From positions 555,411 through 619,410 of the forward strand of contig WELB01000018.1 of the NCBI GenBank assembly GCA_009602725.1: a stretch of 64,000 nucleotides of DNA, given 5' to 3'. Below, one piece after another: positions 1-13,467 of this stretch. Position 1 is the stretch's first letter, and the number at the start of each line of letters is the position of its first letter. The stretch comes from Spirogloea muscicola (Eukaryota). The notes beneath the pieces were generated by a model, which searched no databases, was not told the origin of the DNA, and saw only the letters and a program-made list of their open reading frames with translations. Both the position numbers and the translations under genes were made by a program.

Positions 1-2684
1 CGCCGGCCCGGCAGGCGTTCCCGGCCGCGGCGCTGTCGGCCGTCTTCGGCGGCTCCACAGCCGGCCTGCGGGGGGCGTCCGGCGCGCGGCTGTGCCCGCG
101 CAGCGGGAAGGTAAGCCGCATCGTGGCTTCGGCCACGTTCCTTCAGCGATAGCCGTCGTTGCGCCTGGTCGTCTTGCCATGGCCGCGGCGGCATTGCCGT
201 CGGCGAGTCGGGTGATGGCCGGCAGCGTGGCCACGAGCTGAGCTCGACGCTGGCGGGGGCGGAGCGGCGCCTGCGAGCTGCATTGTCGTGAAAGCGGCCT
301 GGATCGCCTTTCTACATTACGGCGGAGCTCTTCAGCCGTCTCATGTGGCAATTTACTGCGGCTGGCGCAGGCCTTGGGCGTGGCGCGTGCGGCGCTGGCG
401 GTGCAGCCCGGGGAGCTCAAGGAGGCCCGCAAGCGCAGCCAGTACGAGATCCAGACGTTCACCAACTGGGTCGTGCGGCAGGAGATTGCGGGCCAGATCG
501 ACAACGAGATGGTCATCGTGCTCACGTCCATAGCGACCGCCTGCAAGCAGATCGCGTCGCTGGTACAGCGTGCTGGCATCGCCAACATGACGGGTTAGTC
601 TCCCGATTTTTGATTTTGACGAGACTGTTGACTAATGTGGGCTTGCCTTGAGCACCTCACGGATCCCAGCTGCACTTGGCTTCTGGCAGGTGTCCAGGGC
701 GCCCAAAACATCTCCGGTGAGGACCAGAAGAAGCTCGATGTCATCTCCAACGAGGTCGATGCTCGACCTCTGTGTCCCCATTGTGAGGCTTTTTGATGCT
801 CATGCAGGCCTTCTCCTACACTTTCACCTAGCATACAGCCCACAGTGGAAGCTCTGTGATGAGCCAAGCTATGCTTCAGTAAGTATAAGATCCTGAGATC
901 CTTGTGAGTGGCCTCGGGTGTGCAATGCAGGTCTTCTCCAACACCTTACGATCGAGCGGGCGAACGGGCATCATAGCCTCCGAGGAAGAGGACACGCCAG
1001 TGGCTGTGGAGGAGACATATGGCGGCGAATACATTGTGGTGTTTGACCCGCTCGATGGCTCGTCCAACATCGATGCGGCTGTTTCCACTGGTTCCATCTT
1101 TGGCATCTTCAAGCCCGAGAACGACTCAGGTTGTTTTGTGAACCTGGGCGACGACCCAAGCGTGAGCCTCCTTTCCTCCAATGAGCTGAAGTGAGCTGGC
1201 TTTAGCCATGATGGACGTGTCTCGGTCATAATGGACAGACTGTTGGATACTTCTTCAGTCACAGCCTGAGCTGGCAGTGAGCAATCTGTTACGGCTATAA
1301 GGGCACCGTGAACCAGGCACCACTTGGCAAAGTCAAGACATGCTTCGTGCAACCATGCAGCTTGAAGTCCTGAAAAGCTGAAAGTGGCTGTGCCTTTCCT
1401 TCCCTTTACTTGCAGCTTGACCAGATTGAGCAGGCGTGCGTTGTCAATGTCTGCCAGCCCGGCAGCAACCTGCAGGCCGCGGGTTATTGCATGTACTCCA
1501 GCTCCGTCATCCTCGTACTCTCAGTTGGCAATGGGCTCTACGGCTTCACTCTCGACCCCATGTACGGCGAGTTTGTGCTCAGTCACGACCGCATTACCGT
1601 GCCCAAGTCTGGCAAGATTTATTCGTTCAACGAGGGCAACTACGCCCTGTGGAGTGACAAGTTGAAAAAGTACATCGACTCCCTCAAGGTCAGCCCTGCC
1701 TGGCAAAGCCCATTCAGACGTCAGTGTCTCTATTGCTCCCTACTTTGCTCCAACAGTTCCTTGGTTTACAAGTGTGGTCCTGTGACCAGCTGGAGATGTG
1801 TCTGCGCCTGCGCCCAATCCTCCAAGTGTTTCAGGGTTGTGCCCTGCATTGCCCTGCATACGTGCTTCAGGTTGAGGACTAGAAAAGTGGGTGCACGCGC
1901 AGAGTGAGGCTGTCATGCTGTGGTAGTGGGCCATGCAAGGGTCAGCCACGAGCTGCAATTGCACCTAGCACTTGGCAACACACTGGTATAACACTAGATG
2001 TCTAACACGCATTGCATGCGATGCAGCAAAGGAGACCTTGTCGTCATTGTACCACAACACCTTGCCTCTGGTTGCCCTTGCTTGCAGGACCCTGGTCCCA
2101 GCGGCAAGCCCTACTCTGCACGCTACATTGGCAGCCTAGTGGGCGACTTCCACCGGACACTGCTGTACGGAGGCATCTACGGCTATCCCCCCGATAGCAA
2201 AAACAAGACTGGAAAGTTGCGTTTGCTGTACGAGTGCGCTCCGATGAGCTTCCTAGTGGAGCAGGCCGGGGGCAAGGGCTCTGATGGCTACAAGCGCATC
2301 CTTGACATTATCCCGGAGAAGGTAGTGCTTCGAGCTCTATCGTGCTTACTATTCTGTTTGACGATTAAGTTAGAGTGAGGCCGCTACGCATTGCCACGTT
2401 ATGTCTTCATTGCTTCGCATCTTACTCAAGCTCCATGAGCTATGGTTATCTTAGTGTCACAAGAGCATCACAGAGACTCTAACCTTCATAGTCGAGTAGC
2501 CTCGTGCCAGCTCGTGTAAGGTGGTAGGAGCTGATAACTCTTGTTAAAAAATGGTTTTTGATGTCCTATATTACTTGACTTGACCATCTGTTGGCCATTG
2601 TTCAATGTGCAGGTCCACCAGCGTGTCCCGCTATTTATTGGAAGCATTGAGGAGGTGGAGAAGCTAGAAAAGTACCTAGAGTGA
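1..2684 (+). CDS. FBP: Chloroplast fructose-1,6-bisphosphatase (redox-regulated type), 5'-partial, 7 exons visible
   Basis: Exons <1-110, 371-593, 690-754, 931-1161, 1416-1688, 2088-2321 and 2613-2684 with GT-AG introns. They encode [61 protein letters not shown] and [14 protein letters not shown]. The regulatory loop has three Cys (GCFV...ACVVNVC), and the N-terminus is Ala/Arg-rich like a transit peptide. Confidence 0.96.
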
Positions 2685-3507
2685 CATTTCTCAGAATCTT
2701 GGACACCTGTCCACCACTTACACCTCTTTTGTCTTCTGAATATTCTTTTATGCCCATCTGAACGAACGGCTGGGCCCAAACTTGAAGTTTGCTGATTAGT
2801 GCGAGTTTCTGGAGTTGTGTCTGCATTTTGGGGTCGATCTGTCGGCCCAAAACTGCTGCTGTGGCATCTGTAGTCATGAACCCTATTTGCTCACCATCTT
2901 GGCAAGCGCTGTCAACCAAGGGCCAGCCAGTCGTCAGAAGAGAGAGCAAGCAAACGCTGTCAAAATCTACAGAATACCAGTGACTTCGCGCAAAGGCGCG
3001 TTTGTGCGTCCATCTGATCAAGGAGGCCATTGTTGCTGCTCAACATGTTGGTGATGTTTTCCAAAACTCCTGTAGAACCTTCATGTTGCCTGCAGGAATC
3101 TCAATGCCCCGAGCTCGTGTGATGATGCTGATGTTGTGGGAAACTGCCGCAGCTCATTGCATGCATACAACACTGCCGCTCATTGCAGACCTCCCTTCAC
3201 CTAAACTCCACATGACATGAGCACCCTGTGACTCTGCTGGCCTCAGACCAAGACAAATGTGAAGGAGCAAATGTGTACGCCATGCCAGCGTCCCCCCAGT
3301 GTGAGCAACTGTTAGCTATCCCAAAGTAGAAGGAAGAAAGACGCTACCAGTAGAGGTGCTATGGTTGTAATTTGGCCAAGCCCAGAAAATGGATGAATCA
3401 ATTTCCGAAGTGGCCAGAAAAGCTCCGAAGCACACGGCGACTCCAGTGGCCACTCGAGGCTCCGGTTAGGCGTTGTCCGGCAACGGCGGCGGCGGCGGGC
3501 GTTGGCC

Positions 3508-6500
3508 ATGGCCGCTGCGGCGGCCGCCCAGCCCGCCGCATTTCCCGCCGCCGCCGCCGCTGCAGCNCGGCGGCGGCGGCGGCGGCTGCGAGCCTGCCTA
3601 AGCGGGCGGCGCATGGCTGCCGGGGCTCTGGCCGCGCTGCCTCGGAACCGGCTGCAGGCCTCGACGCTGAGCTCGAGGACGGCCTCGAGGTACTTGCGAG
3701 CTCCCAGGCTCTGGCTGACTGCCCTCCGTGACCGCCGCCGCCGCCGCCGCCGCCGCCGATGCTCTCCGAGGCGGCGATGACCTTTATGCGGCCTCGCGGC
3801 AACTCAAGTGCGTGAAGTGCAGCTTGAGCGTCCTTGCTTCAGTAGTAGCACTCCGGCTCAGCTTCGATGAGCAGGCGGTGCTGAGGCGCTCGTCCGGCCA
3901 AAGGGCTCTGCCTGTCACTACTAGCGGGCTTGACTCGAGCTCCTGCGCGCAGACCGTGGCGCAGCGTGAGCCCGCTGAGACGCTGCAGCTGCTGTGCCTC
4001 AGCAACGGGCACGGGGAGGACACCATTGCAGTCACCGTCCTACAAGAGCTGCAGGTCGTGGCGAACTCGGCGGACAATAGTCGTTGCGGGACGCTTCACT
4101 TCGCCTCAAGCTCTTGATCTTGTGCTGGCGCTAAGGTCTATGGTTGGCTGCGTGCCATGGTCGTGCGCAGAAGTTGGCCAAGGAGAAGAGGCAGGCCATT
4201 CACATCAGCGCCTTGCCGCTCGTGGGAGAGGGTACTGCTTATCTGCGCGCTGGAATGCCCATCGTCGGCCCGACCAAGGCTATGCCGAGCGGCGGGTACC
4301 TTCCTCCTGGACTACTCACTTACTGTTAATCAGTTACTGTCATTACATCAATTGTGAAGTGCAGTGTGTGAAGTCAAAGGAAGAGGAAGAGGGCCCTCAC
4401 CCACAGCTCTCGCTGGCGTTCAGGTTTCTCTACATGGACCAGAAGCAGCTCCTGGGCGACGTGCAGGCCGGGCTACTAACCCTCACAGTAGGCCAAGTAA
4501 GACCTCACGACCAGCGCCTATCATGCCCGCCTGCGCCTAGTCCTCCACAACTGTGAGCAGCACAATATGTGCCTCTGCAGCAAAGGAATCGCCTGTCAGT
4601 GGCGTGCAGTGAGGAGGTGGAAGCAAGAGAACCCGGCGGCGCTTATACTGGCTGTGGGAGATGTCTTTCCCCTTGCTCTTGCATGGTTGGCCAGCCGTGC
4701 CCGACGCCGACAATGCCGGGGTGCTGCTGTCGGCAAGGGTAGATATGCGTTTGTGGGAACTGCCAAGAGCGAGTACTACATCCGAGGCAGCAGTGGCGAG
4801 CTCTTGCAGCAGTTGACCAGGAGCTCCAGTACGGCTCAAAGCCCTATCACAGTCACATTTTGCTCTCAAGCTTAAGTGCATCGGTAGCCATAGCCATTGC
4901 TCTTGAGAGTTCGTCTCTTCACTTGAAGAGTGCCATCACGACATGTGAAAGTTCTTCTTCTTTGTACCAATTGGATGCAATCAAAAAGCTTGGCAATGAG
5001 TCACTTGAGCCTATCTTTCATGTGCAGTGGAAGCTTTCCTGTCTCCCAGCAGCGTGTATCTACCATGGGAGCGTGCGCTTATGGCAGCTGCAAATTGCAT
5101 GCAAGTATCTGCGTCCTTGACCAACTCTCTGCTAGCGTAGTGACAGGCAGCTGCTGAGCGAAGTACCTCAATTTATGACCGATGGCTTGCTTGCTAGCAA
5201 CCTTATGCTGTTATGGCCAGCAAATATGCATTGGACATAATCTGACTCATGAGCAGTCTGCACTGTTCCAGGCTGGTTGTGCCGCGTGACACCCTCACTA
5301 CGGAGACCTTAAAGGCGGCCCTTCCGCTTGAGGCTCACAGCAAGGTAAGCTGCCAAAGAAGCCAGGTTGGGCAGTGGTTATGACTCCCGTAGTTAGTGAG
5401 TTGGGAGGAATAGAATGATAAGGTGGCACTAAGATGAAGGTATGGCGTGCTCTGTTGGCAATGGAACAGGTCAAAGACCTTGGTAACCCCATGATGGACG
5501 GCTTGGCCACAACAGGGAGTCTAAGGCACCAGATGGTGCACAAGTCCCAGGCTGCCTGCCTCTGCTTGCTTCCTGGCTCCCGCTCGCCGGAGGTACAGAG
5601 GACCTGCCTCATGTGATCGTTTGCAACCAAGTCTAGGTGGTTGGATATGAGTTTGCAGCCTATTAAATAGGCTAGGAGTCAAAGAATGTGTGTCAGAGTA
5701 GGCTTTACTCAAGGGAGCATGTAATTACTGTTGCAGAGGTGGAGGAAGTATGAAAGTCATCAAGATATGAATTCTTGATATGAATTCTTGTAATGACCGG
5801 CCATGTGGCAGGTATATGCCAACTTTCAGCAGCTCCTCCAGGTGGTCATGGAGGTTGCGGGCCTGCTGCAGCCTAGAGGCCTCGTCATTCTTGTTCCTGT
5901 GGCCCCTTCTGGTGATTTTGGCAGGCTTGTCAAGGTCCTCACTGAGCACGGTTGGCGATCAGATCACTGCAGCGTTGGGGCGGCTGCGATTTCCACCGCT
6001 GCAGCTCGAGACTCTTCTCAGATTCATGCTATGCACAATCCGCTCCAGCCATCAGCAGCAAAAGCACGTGGCTGTGGAGGTGATCAGGCCAAGTTAGCCG
6101 AGGGGGTCGCCAGTGATCCCACATCTCTCAGGACCATGGGCCCTGTAAGCGTCAGAGATTGTGAATCTATTAGGGGCGATTCACAAGATTCATCTGAGGG
6201 AGCTTGTGACTGGACAGGCGAGACAAATCGCCACTCCCTTGCCAGTGGACCTGGACAACAGCAGAACTCTCTGGAGCTGACGTTCAGTCTGAGTTCGCAA
6301 GGGAGCTCCTGTCATGCCGCGCGTGAGGACCACTCAGAGACAGTGTTGGTCCTCAGTCAAGGAAGCTTCAGCGACTGCCTCCAGCTCGCTGATGGTGGCC
6401 TTGCAATGGCAGGCACGGCCACGGAGCAGCTTGTGAGCTCACATGTATTGCAACCCCTTCCTGCATTGATCCATGGCGTGTGTCTCTCCTCTCGCCCATT

Positions 6501-7043
6501 GCAAATAAGTGGGTGCTGAGCATACCACAGCTTCTTTTAGCAATTTGCTACATGCAGCTTAGAATAAGACGTGCACTTTCCTTGTCAGGTTGGGTTGGGC
6601 AAGCCAGCCTTTACGCTCCCTGGAAGCGGGCCACAATTCACATTTGCTTTTGCCGAAGCACAGGCTCGCCTTCTAGGCTCTTCGGTAACCACTTTGCACA
6701 TTGACAGGAGAGCTGCCTTTTCTAAGTTAGCCCAAGTTGCCATCAATGAAGGGTTACAGCTGAGACATTGTGCCTTTGCATCACCACATCACATGCAACA
6801 ACTTCGAGCTTCTCTATACCTTTGGTATATACTGCGAGTAGGTGTAAGCAGCCTGCGGCATCGCTTGCGTACTGCCTGCAGGTCTTCTTCTGCCGAAGCC
6901 CGAGCGAGGCGGCATGCGCAATTTCAAGAGTCCTCTCCGATGAGAGGCTGCTGGCGCAAGTAGCCAGCAATGGGAGGCTAAGGATGGGCCCCTCTGGAGC
7001 TGCTCGCAGGATTGCCGAAGCCTTGTGGACCGTGCTCATGTAG
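3508..7043 (+). CDS. Lipid-A-disaccharide synthase-related glycosyltransferase (cyanobacterial TIGR03492-like), probably plastid-targeted
   Basis: Spliced exons give LLCLSNGHGED, LPLVGEG, MPSGG(F), AVGDVFPL, FVGTAKSEYY, GNPMMDGL, LLPGSRSPE, AMAGTATEQLVGLGKP, GPQFT and GRLRMGPSGAARRIA, stop at 7043. The N-terminus is Ala/Arg-rich. The start is uncertain because of an N at 3567. Confidence 0.8.
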
Positions 7044-9134
7044 CAGGCAGGGCCTATGGCATGGAGCTCAGCTACAAAGACCTCTCCCACTGTGTACCTC
7101 TAGTCCTGGCTGAGTGTGCGTGAGAATTCTGGAGCTGCTCCTCTTGTGCAGTACGTCTACTCTTGAGGCGGCCACGCAGGCGATGAGGACCAAGTTTGCA
7201 ACAAGACGGCTGCAGGCATCTTCATTGCACTGCATTGATTGGTTCGATGGACACGCACAACGCCTTGTCCAGTTACTGGAGACTCTTTACCTCCTCGCTC
7301 AACATGTGCCCATGCGACAGGCTTTAAGTGGTGAGCAAGTGGGCTTGCACGGGCTTTTAGCTGGCTTGCAAAGGGCATGTGGCATGTCAATAGTCTAGCG
7401 CCTTCGCAGGCCTTCTCCTTGCACCAAAGCCTTGGCATATTGTGATTGCTTTTTGGGCACTCCTCCTGGATGGTCTATCTTCAGCATTGGTCAGGCCAGC
7501 CTCCGGGTGATGTACATGGTTTTTGAAGCCTGCATGATAGGAGCTGACATGGGAAGCTTATGGGCAATGCCTTCTAACCCGGATGATTGTTCCTCCTTGG
7601 CCAACCACAGATTGTATGGTGAAGAATGTTGAGGAGAGCTACTACATCTTTTGTGTCCAAGTTGAGGCAAAGTGAAGCTGAGATTCGTAGGAGCAGGGGT
7701 TGGATGCTGAAGTTCCTACTTTAAGAAGTGAGCCCAATAAAAAGACTAGTACATAGAAAGTTGGTGGCCACCAGCATGTTTGTCCTCTTCGAGCCAAGAT
7801 ATCCAAGCCTCGGCTGGCTGCTCACGATGGTGGATACTGCAGCCTACACGCAGATGAGCAGAGTGGCCGCCAATTATTTGAAGACTGAAGAAGATGAGGT
7901 CTCTACTCCTTTGCAAACTTGTCTTAATCATTGGGGTCAACCCTTGCAATGCAGTGCCAAGTACCTGTACATACTGGTGATTGGACAATGTTACGGATCA
8001 GTATCTCAAGTAGGTGCCTGCAAGGATACTTTGAGCAAGCAAAAGGCGAGTCACGCTCATGTCAGTGGAGCAGCAGCGTTGCTGCTTACCTACATTGAGG
8101 TGGCCTGCCACATGCCGACATCAGTAACAATGTCATTGCCGCCATCGTCTGGCTGTGGAGGTGGTGACGTCGTGCATGGGTGCTCGCGTGTGTGGTGTTG
8201 ACCTCGTTGTAGTATTAGGAGGAGAGCCTGCTCATACTAGGGCAGATTTTCCTACATGACCAACTTCTCAAATGATAAGTGTTTAGCTGATAAATTTGTG
8301 CAAAAACTGCTGCGATGTCCTTATTTGATCAGGGGTGCGCATGCTCAGCTGAAACACTCTATGAAGTCCTAATCCACTTCGAAATAATCCAGGTACTATT
8401 GCGAACATTTTTCAATATCAATAATCATGGGACTCCTGTCTGTAGTCTCTTGCATAGCTGTGTAGTTTTGGCGCTTTTCAGCCGTTTGGACCTTGTCCAT
8501 TCTTTCTGGGCTATCTTTTAACGGCTACCGCCCCCTTTGGGAGAGCTCACTGCTGTCTCCTATCTCCTATCTCTGTCTCCTGTCTCATGAGCTTCAATGA
8601 GGAGCTTCTCTTATCCTAGGTTGTGAGCACAACACATCCCTGCCTACTGTGCACACCACTCAATGCTCCTACAATCGACAAAAGCTTGGTGAAGCTTTTG
8701 GATAGGGACGATGCTAGTTGTTTGCTGCTAGTGTCAATTGAAGTAAGCTGCAGATTGCAGATGAAAGCAATCAAGCGACCGTTTGTGCTGGTGACCTACC
8801 CAGCAAAATTATGGTCCATCAAACGGCTGAATGGCAAGGTGAGGTCCGGTGGTGCTGATGATGCTGATGTCTGGCACAGTGACCAAAGGTCATCACAGAT
8901 CAGTGACTGCGTTCAAATGGCATCTAGGCATCAGATTTATGGATTCGGAATTGTATTCAGCATTTGGAGAACTAAGCAGGCTTTGTTACATCGGTAAGTT
9001 TTGAATTTGTATATGTTAAGATCCAAATCAAATTACACCCTGGCTTCGATGAACAAAAATGAAATGAAGTATCACACTCTGAAGCATACAAGATTCCCAG
9101 CTGGGCTAAGTAGTGCTGCTGTGGCCTCATTGTC

Positions 9135-9965
9135 CTACTTCTGAGGAATTATGACAACACTCTCTTTGTCAATTGGCGGCTCCCCGGCATAGATGCCACT
9201 CTTCTCAATGTCCTCCTCACTCGGTGGCTCCAAGCTGCCAACTCCGCTCGTTGTCCAACCGAATTGCGCTTTGTTCATCGCCTTGCGTTCCATGTCGACA
9301 TAGCAGGCGAAGGCGGCGTCTATGACAGGAATGCCATACTCGTCCTGGAGAGTGGCGTAGAAGCCGAACTCGATTGTGCATCCGAGAATGACGGCCTCGG
9401 CCCCGGCCTCCTTGGCCCTTGCAACCGCCTTCCTCATCCTCTTCTTCGTCTCTTCTGGGTCCATCTGGAATTCGTCGACATGCAGGCCGAGCTTTTCAAA
9501 GGAGACGACTCGGTTCCCGTATCCGTATTCGCGAATGGTGTCTTCCATCTGGACCTGCCATTTCTCGACGCCGATGATGACAGAGAAACGGTTGCAGAGG
9601 CCGGTGATTGCGATGAGCGAGGCCTCGCAAGGGGCGCTGACGATCATACCTCCGCAGACCTCTCGCGCCTCCTTGAGGGCGGTGTCATAGAAGCAGGGGA
9701 TGGCGCATCCGTCAAAGTCGTTCTTGCCGGCGTGGTGCACCAGGTGAAGGACGGGCTGAGTGATGGCAGCTTCACTGGCGCGGAACTCGAGGTTGGTGAT
9801 GTTCTTCCCGGGCAGGTCAAGCGAGACAACGTGCACCTCCACATGAGGGGACTTCACTCTTGCAATCATGTCGGAGAAGGGCTTGTTGTACATGGACGTC
9901 GTGACCGGATTGATCCATAGCAGTTTTATCGGCGTGGTAGCTGATTTCTCTGTGGTGGCCTCCAT
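9135..9965 (-). CDS. Asp/Glu/hydantoin racemase family protein (allantoin/hydantoin racemase-like), intronless
   Basis: 276-aa uninterrupted ORF with N-terminal LWINP, two catalytic-type Cys motifs (AIPCFYD, VILGCT) and GIPVID. Confidence 0.9.
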   Translation of the reverse strand: MEATTEKSATTPIKLLWINPVTTSMYNKPFSDMIARVKSPHVEVHVVSLDLPGKNITNLEFRASEAAITQPVLHLVHHAGKNDFDGCAIPCFYDTALKEAREVCGGMIVSAPCEASLIAITGLCNRFSVIIGVEKWQVQMEDTIREYGYGNRVVSFEKLGLHVDEFQMDPEETKKRMRKAVARAKEAGAEAVILGCTIEFGFYATLQDEYGIPVIDAAFACYVDMERKAMNKAQFGWTTSGVGSLEPPSEEDIEKSGIYAGEPPIDKESVVIIPQK

Positions 9966-10370
9966 TTCTCCTCAACAAGCTAGGGGTCGGTCTGGGTGCG
10001 CATGCGTATAGTTGACACTATGGATGGTTGTGAACAGCTTTCGGTTTGAGCGGGTATTGAGTGCAAAGGCGCTGGGTAGACTGGTCGAGGTGCGTCGAGC
10101 CTGAGGAAGGAGAGGAAGTGAGGCGGGTATGAGTAAGCTTTTGATGGTGGGCGGGATGATGGGGTGATAGGAGAAGCAGCACGTTCAGACGGGGCGGGGG
10201 CTGTCGAAGGCCAGTCCACGAAAGCATGTACGAGGTCCACAAAGGTCGGAGAGCAGGAAGCGAGAAAAGGGTTGGAAATCGGGAGAAGAAGTGGCACTCC
10301 CAATGGGGGCAAGGGCTGCGAAAAGCCAGCCCAAAAAGACGTTTCCCGTGTGTTTACGCTTTACGGCCGC

Positions 10371-10560
10371 GATGGATAAGGCGGCCTTCGCCACCGCCTT
10401 GCAGCAGCAGCTCCCGGAGGCCGACCTGCGCAGGCGCGCTCGTCTGCGGTCGGCATCGTCCCCTGGGGCAGCGGCGTGGCTGATGGCCCTCCCCCCTCAC
10501 CGACGCGCTCTACCATCCCTGACGACGCCTTCCACAGTGCCGTCCACCGACTCCTTGGCC
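10371..10560 (+). mobile_element. Internal fragment of a CRE-like non-LTR retrotransposon ORF (post-RT region)
   Basis: Translates as RRRARLRSASSPGAAAWLMALP, matching the ARL.S....AGAWL.ALP motif typical of CRE-clade ORFs. It lies at the duplication junction. Confidence 0.6.
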
Positions 10561-10577
10561 TGCCACCGCCAGCTGGT

Positions 10578-11541
10578 GGGGGTTGCAAGTGATCCCACTT
10601 CTCTTACGATCATGGGCCCTGTAAGCTCCAGAGACCGTAAATCCAGTAGGGACAATTCATGAGACATATCAAGAAAGCGGCTGATATATCTGAGGGAACT
10701 TGTGACTGGAAAGCCATTCCCTTGCCAGTGGACCTGGACAGCAGCAGGATACTCCGGAGCCGACATTCAGGTGGATTTCGCAAGGGAGCTCCTGTCATGC
10801 CGCGCATGAGGACCACTCAGAGACCATGTTGGTCCTCAGTCAAGGAAGCTTCAGCGACTGCCTCCAGCTCGCCGATGGTGGCCTGGCAATGGCAGGCACG
10901 GCCACGGAGCAGCTTGTGAGCACACACATATTGCAACCCCTTCCTGCATTGATCCAGAGCGTGTGTGTCTCCTCTCGGCCATTGCAGATATATAAGTTCT
11001 CAGATTGGGTGCTGAGCATGTCACAAGCAGTATACTTTAGCAACTTGCTGCAGGCAGCTCAAGAGCAGACGCGCGTTTTTGCTTGTCAGGTTGGGTTGGG
11101 CAAGCCAGCCTTTACGATCCCTGGAAGCGGGCCACAGTTCACGTTTTCTTTTGCTGAAGCACAAGCTCGCCTTTTAGGCTCTTCGGTAACCCCTTAGCAC
11201 AGTGACAGGAGAGCTGCCTTGTTTAAGTTAGCCCATGGTGACATCAATGACGGGTCACAGCTGAGACAGTGTACCTTTGCATCACCACACCACTTGGAAC
11301 AACTTCGAGCTTCTCTATACCTTTGGTTTACATTGCGAGTAGGTGTAAGCCGCCTGCTTCGCTTACGTACTGCGTGCAGGTCTTCTTCTGCCAAAGCCCG
11401 AGCGAGGCGGCATGCGCAATCTCAAGAGTCCTCTCCGACGAGAGGCTGCTGGGGCAAGTAGCCAGCAATGGGAGGCTAAGGATGGGCCCCTCTGGAGCTG
11501 CTCGCCAGATCGCCGAAGCCTTGTGGACCGTGCTCATGTAG
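10578..11541 (+). pseudogene. Duplicated 3' fragment of the lipid-A-synthase-like gene
   Basis: Copies of the last exons (LVLSQGSFSDCLQLADGGLAMAGTATEQL; VGLGKPAFTIPGSGPQFT; ...GRLRMGPSGAARQIAEALWTVLM*) without the 5' exons. Confidence 0.85.
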
Positions 11542-13467
11542 CAGGGCCTATGGCAGGCAGCTCAGCAGAAGAACCATATTCATGAGTACTGAAGTCCTGG
11601 CTGAGTGTGCGTGAGAAGCTGGAGCTGCTCCTCTTGTGCATTACTTCTACTCTTGAGGCGGCCACGCAGGCGAAGAGGACCAAGTTTGCAACAAGACGGC
11701 CGCAGGCATCTCCATTCCATGGCAGTGATCTACTCAACGGACACGCACAACGCCTTCTCCAGTTACTGGCGCTTGTTGACCTCCTCGCTCAACGTGTGCC
11801 CATCCAACAGGCTCTGAGTGGTGAGCAACTGGGCTTGCATGGGCTCTTAGCTGGCTTGCAAAGATATGTGCATGGCTTGTCAATACTTGCCTTCGCAGGG
11901 CCTCACCTCGCATCAAGCCATACTTGTGAATGCATGGTGGGCACTCGTCATGTGTGATTTACCTTCAGCAATGTGTCTGGCCAGCCTCCAGCTGATGCGT
12001 ATGGTATGTGAAGCCTGCATTAAGGAGCTAATGAGGGAACCTAAGGGCATTGCCTTCTAACCCGGATTGTTGTTCCTCCTTTGGCCAATCACAGAAATGT
12101 GCAGGGAGGAATGTTGAGGCCAAATGGGATTGAGGCTGTAGGAGCGGGAGTTGGATGTCTGATTTTCCTACTCAAAGAACTGGCCCGATCAAATGCTTAA
12201 TACAAAAAAGTTGGTGGCCACCAGCATGTTTGTGCTCTTGGAGTCAAGGTATCCAGGCCTTGGCTGGCTGCTCGCAATGGTGGATACTGCAGCCTACATG
12301 CAGATGAGCAGATAGGCCGCCAGTTATTGGAGACGGAAGAAGATAAGTTTGCTACTCTCTGACAAATTTCCTTCAATCATTGGGGTCAACCCTTGCAGTG
12401 CAGTTCCAAGTGCAGGTACGTACTGTTTGATTGGACAATGTCACAAATCAGTCTCAAGTAGGATCCTTCATGGGTACTTTGAGCAAGCAAAGGCGAGTTA
12501 GTTCATGCCCGTGGCGCAGCAGCGTTGCCGCTTACCTGAAATGAGTTGGCCTGCCACGTGCCGACCGCAGTAACAATGTCATTGCCCCCATCGTCTGGCT
12601 GTGGATGCGGTGACGGTGTGCATGGTTGCTCATATGTGTGGTGTTGTTGTCTGCCTCGTTGATGGATAAGGAGGAGACAGCCTGCTCATACTAGGGCATT
12701 TGTTCATGGTCAACTTATCATTGATAAGTTAGTTTCTAGCTGATAGATTCCGTGCATAAACTGCTGTGATGTCCCTAGGTGACCAGGGGTGCGCATGCTT
12801 AGCTGGTACACATTGAACTCTTGACCCACATCAAAAGAACCGGGAAATATTGCAAACGTTTGTCAACTATCCGCAGTCATAGTGGGACTCCTGTCTTCAG
12901 TCTCCTGTCCTGTCTCTTATCTCTGAGCCTCGATGAACCGCTTCTGTCATTTGCAAGTCGTGAGCACAATACCTCTCTGCCCACTGTGCACACCACTCAT
13001 TGTTCCTACAATCGACCAACTGTTTGAAGCTTCTGAATTGTGACGACGCCAGTGGTATGCAGCTATTTTCCAATCATTCATAGCTGCGGATTATAGCTGA
13101 CATCTGATCAAGCGACCATTTGTGCTGGTGGCATACCCAGCAAACTTATAGTCCATCGAACGGCTGCACAGCAAAGTGAGGTCCGTGGTGCCGATGGTGC
13201 TAATGTCTGGCACAGTGACCAAGAGTCAATCAGTGACTGGGCTTACATGGCATCTAGGCATCAAATTTACGGTTTCAAAATCGGGTGTTTAGGATCTGGA
13301 GAAGCAGGCTTTGGTACATCCGTAAGTGTTGAATATGTTTGTAGCTGATTATCTAGTCACCAATCTGAAATTCTGTCGCTTCAATGAGCAGACACGAGTG
13401 AATGGATTATTCTGGAGCAGACAAGTTTTCCAGCTAGGCTAAGTAGTGCTACTGTGGCCTCATTGTC

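Noticed and set aside
7114..7398. Leu-rich ORF conserved in both duplicate copies (also 11607-11957)
   Set aside because: Conservation is explained by the duplication. The opposite strand looks like a stop-riddled coiled-coil relic, and no family can be assigned.
9264..9920. 218-aa plus-strand ORF (and similar ones opposite petE and the racemase pseudogene)
   Set aside because: Antisense shadows of GC-rich real genes.
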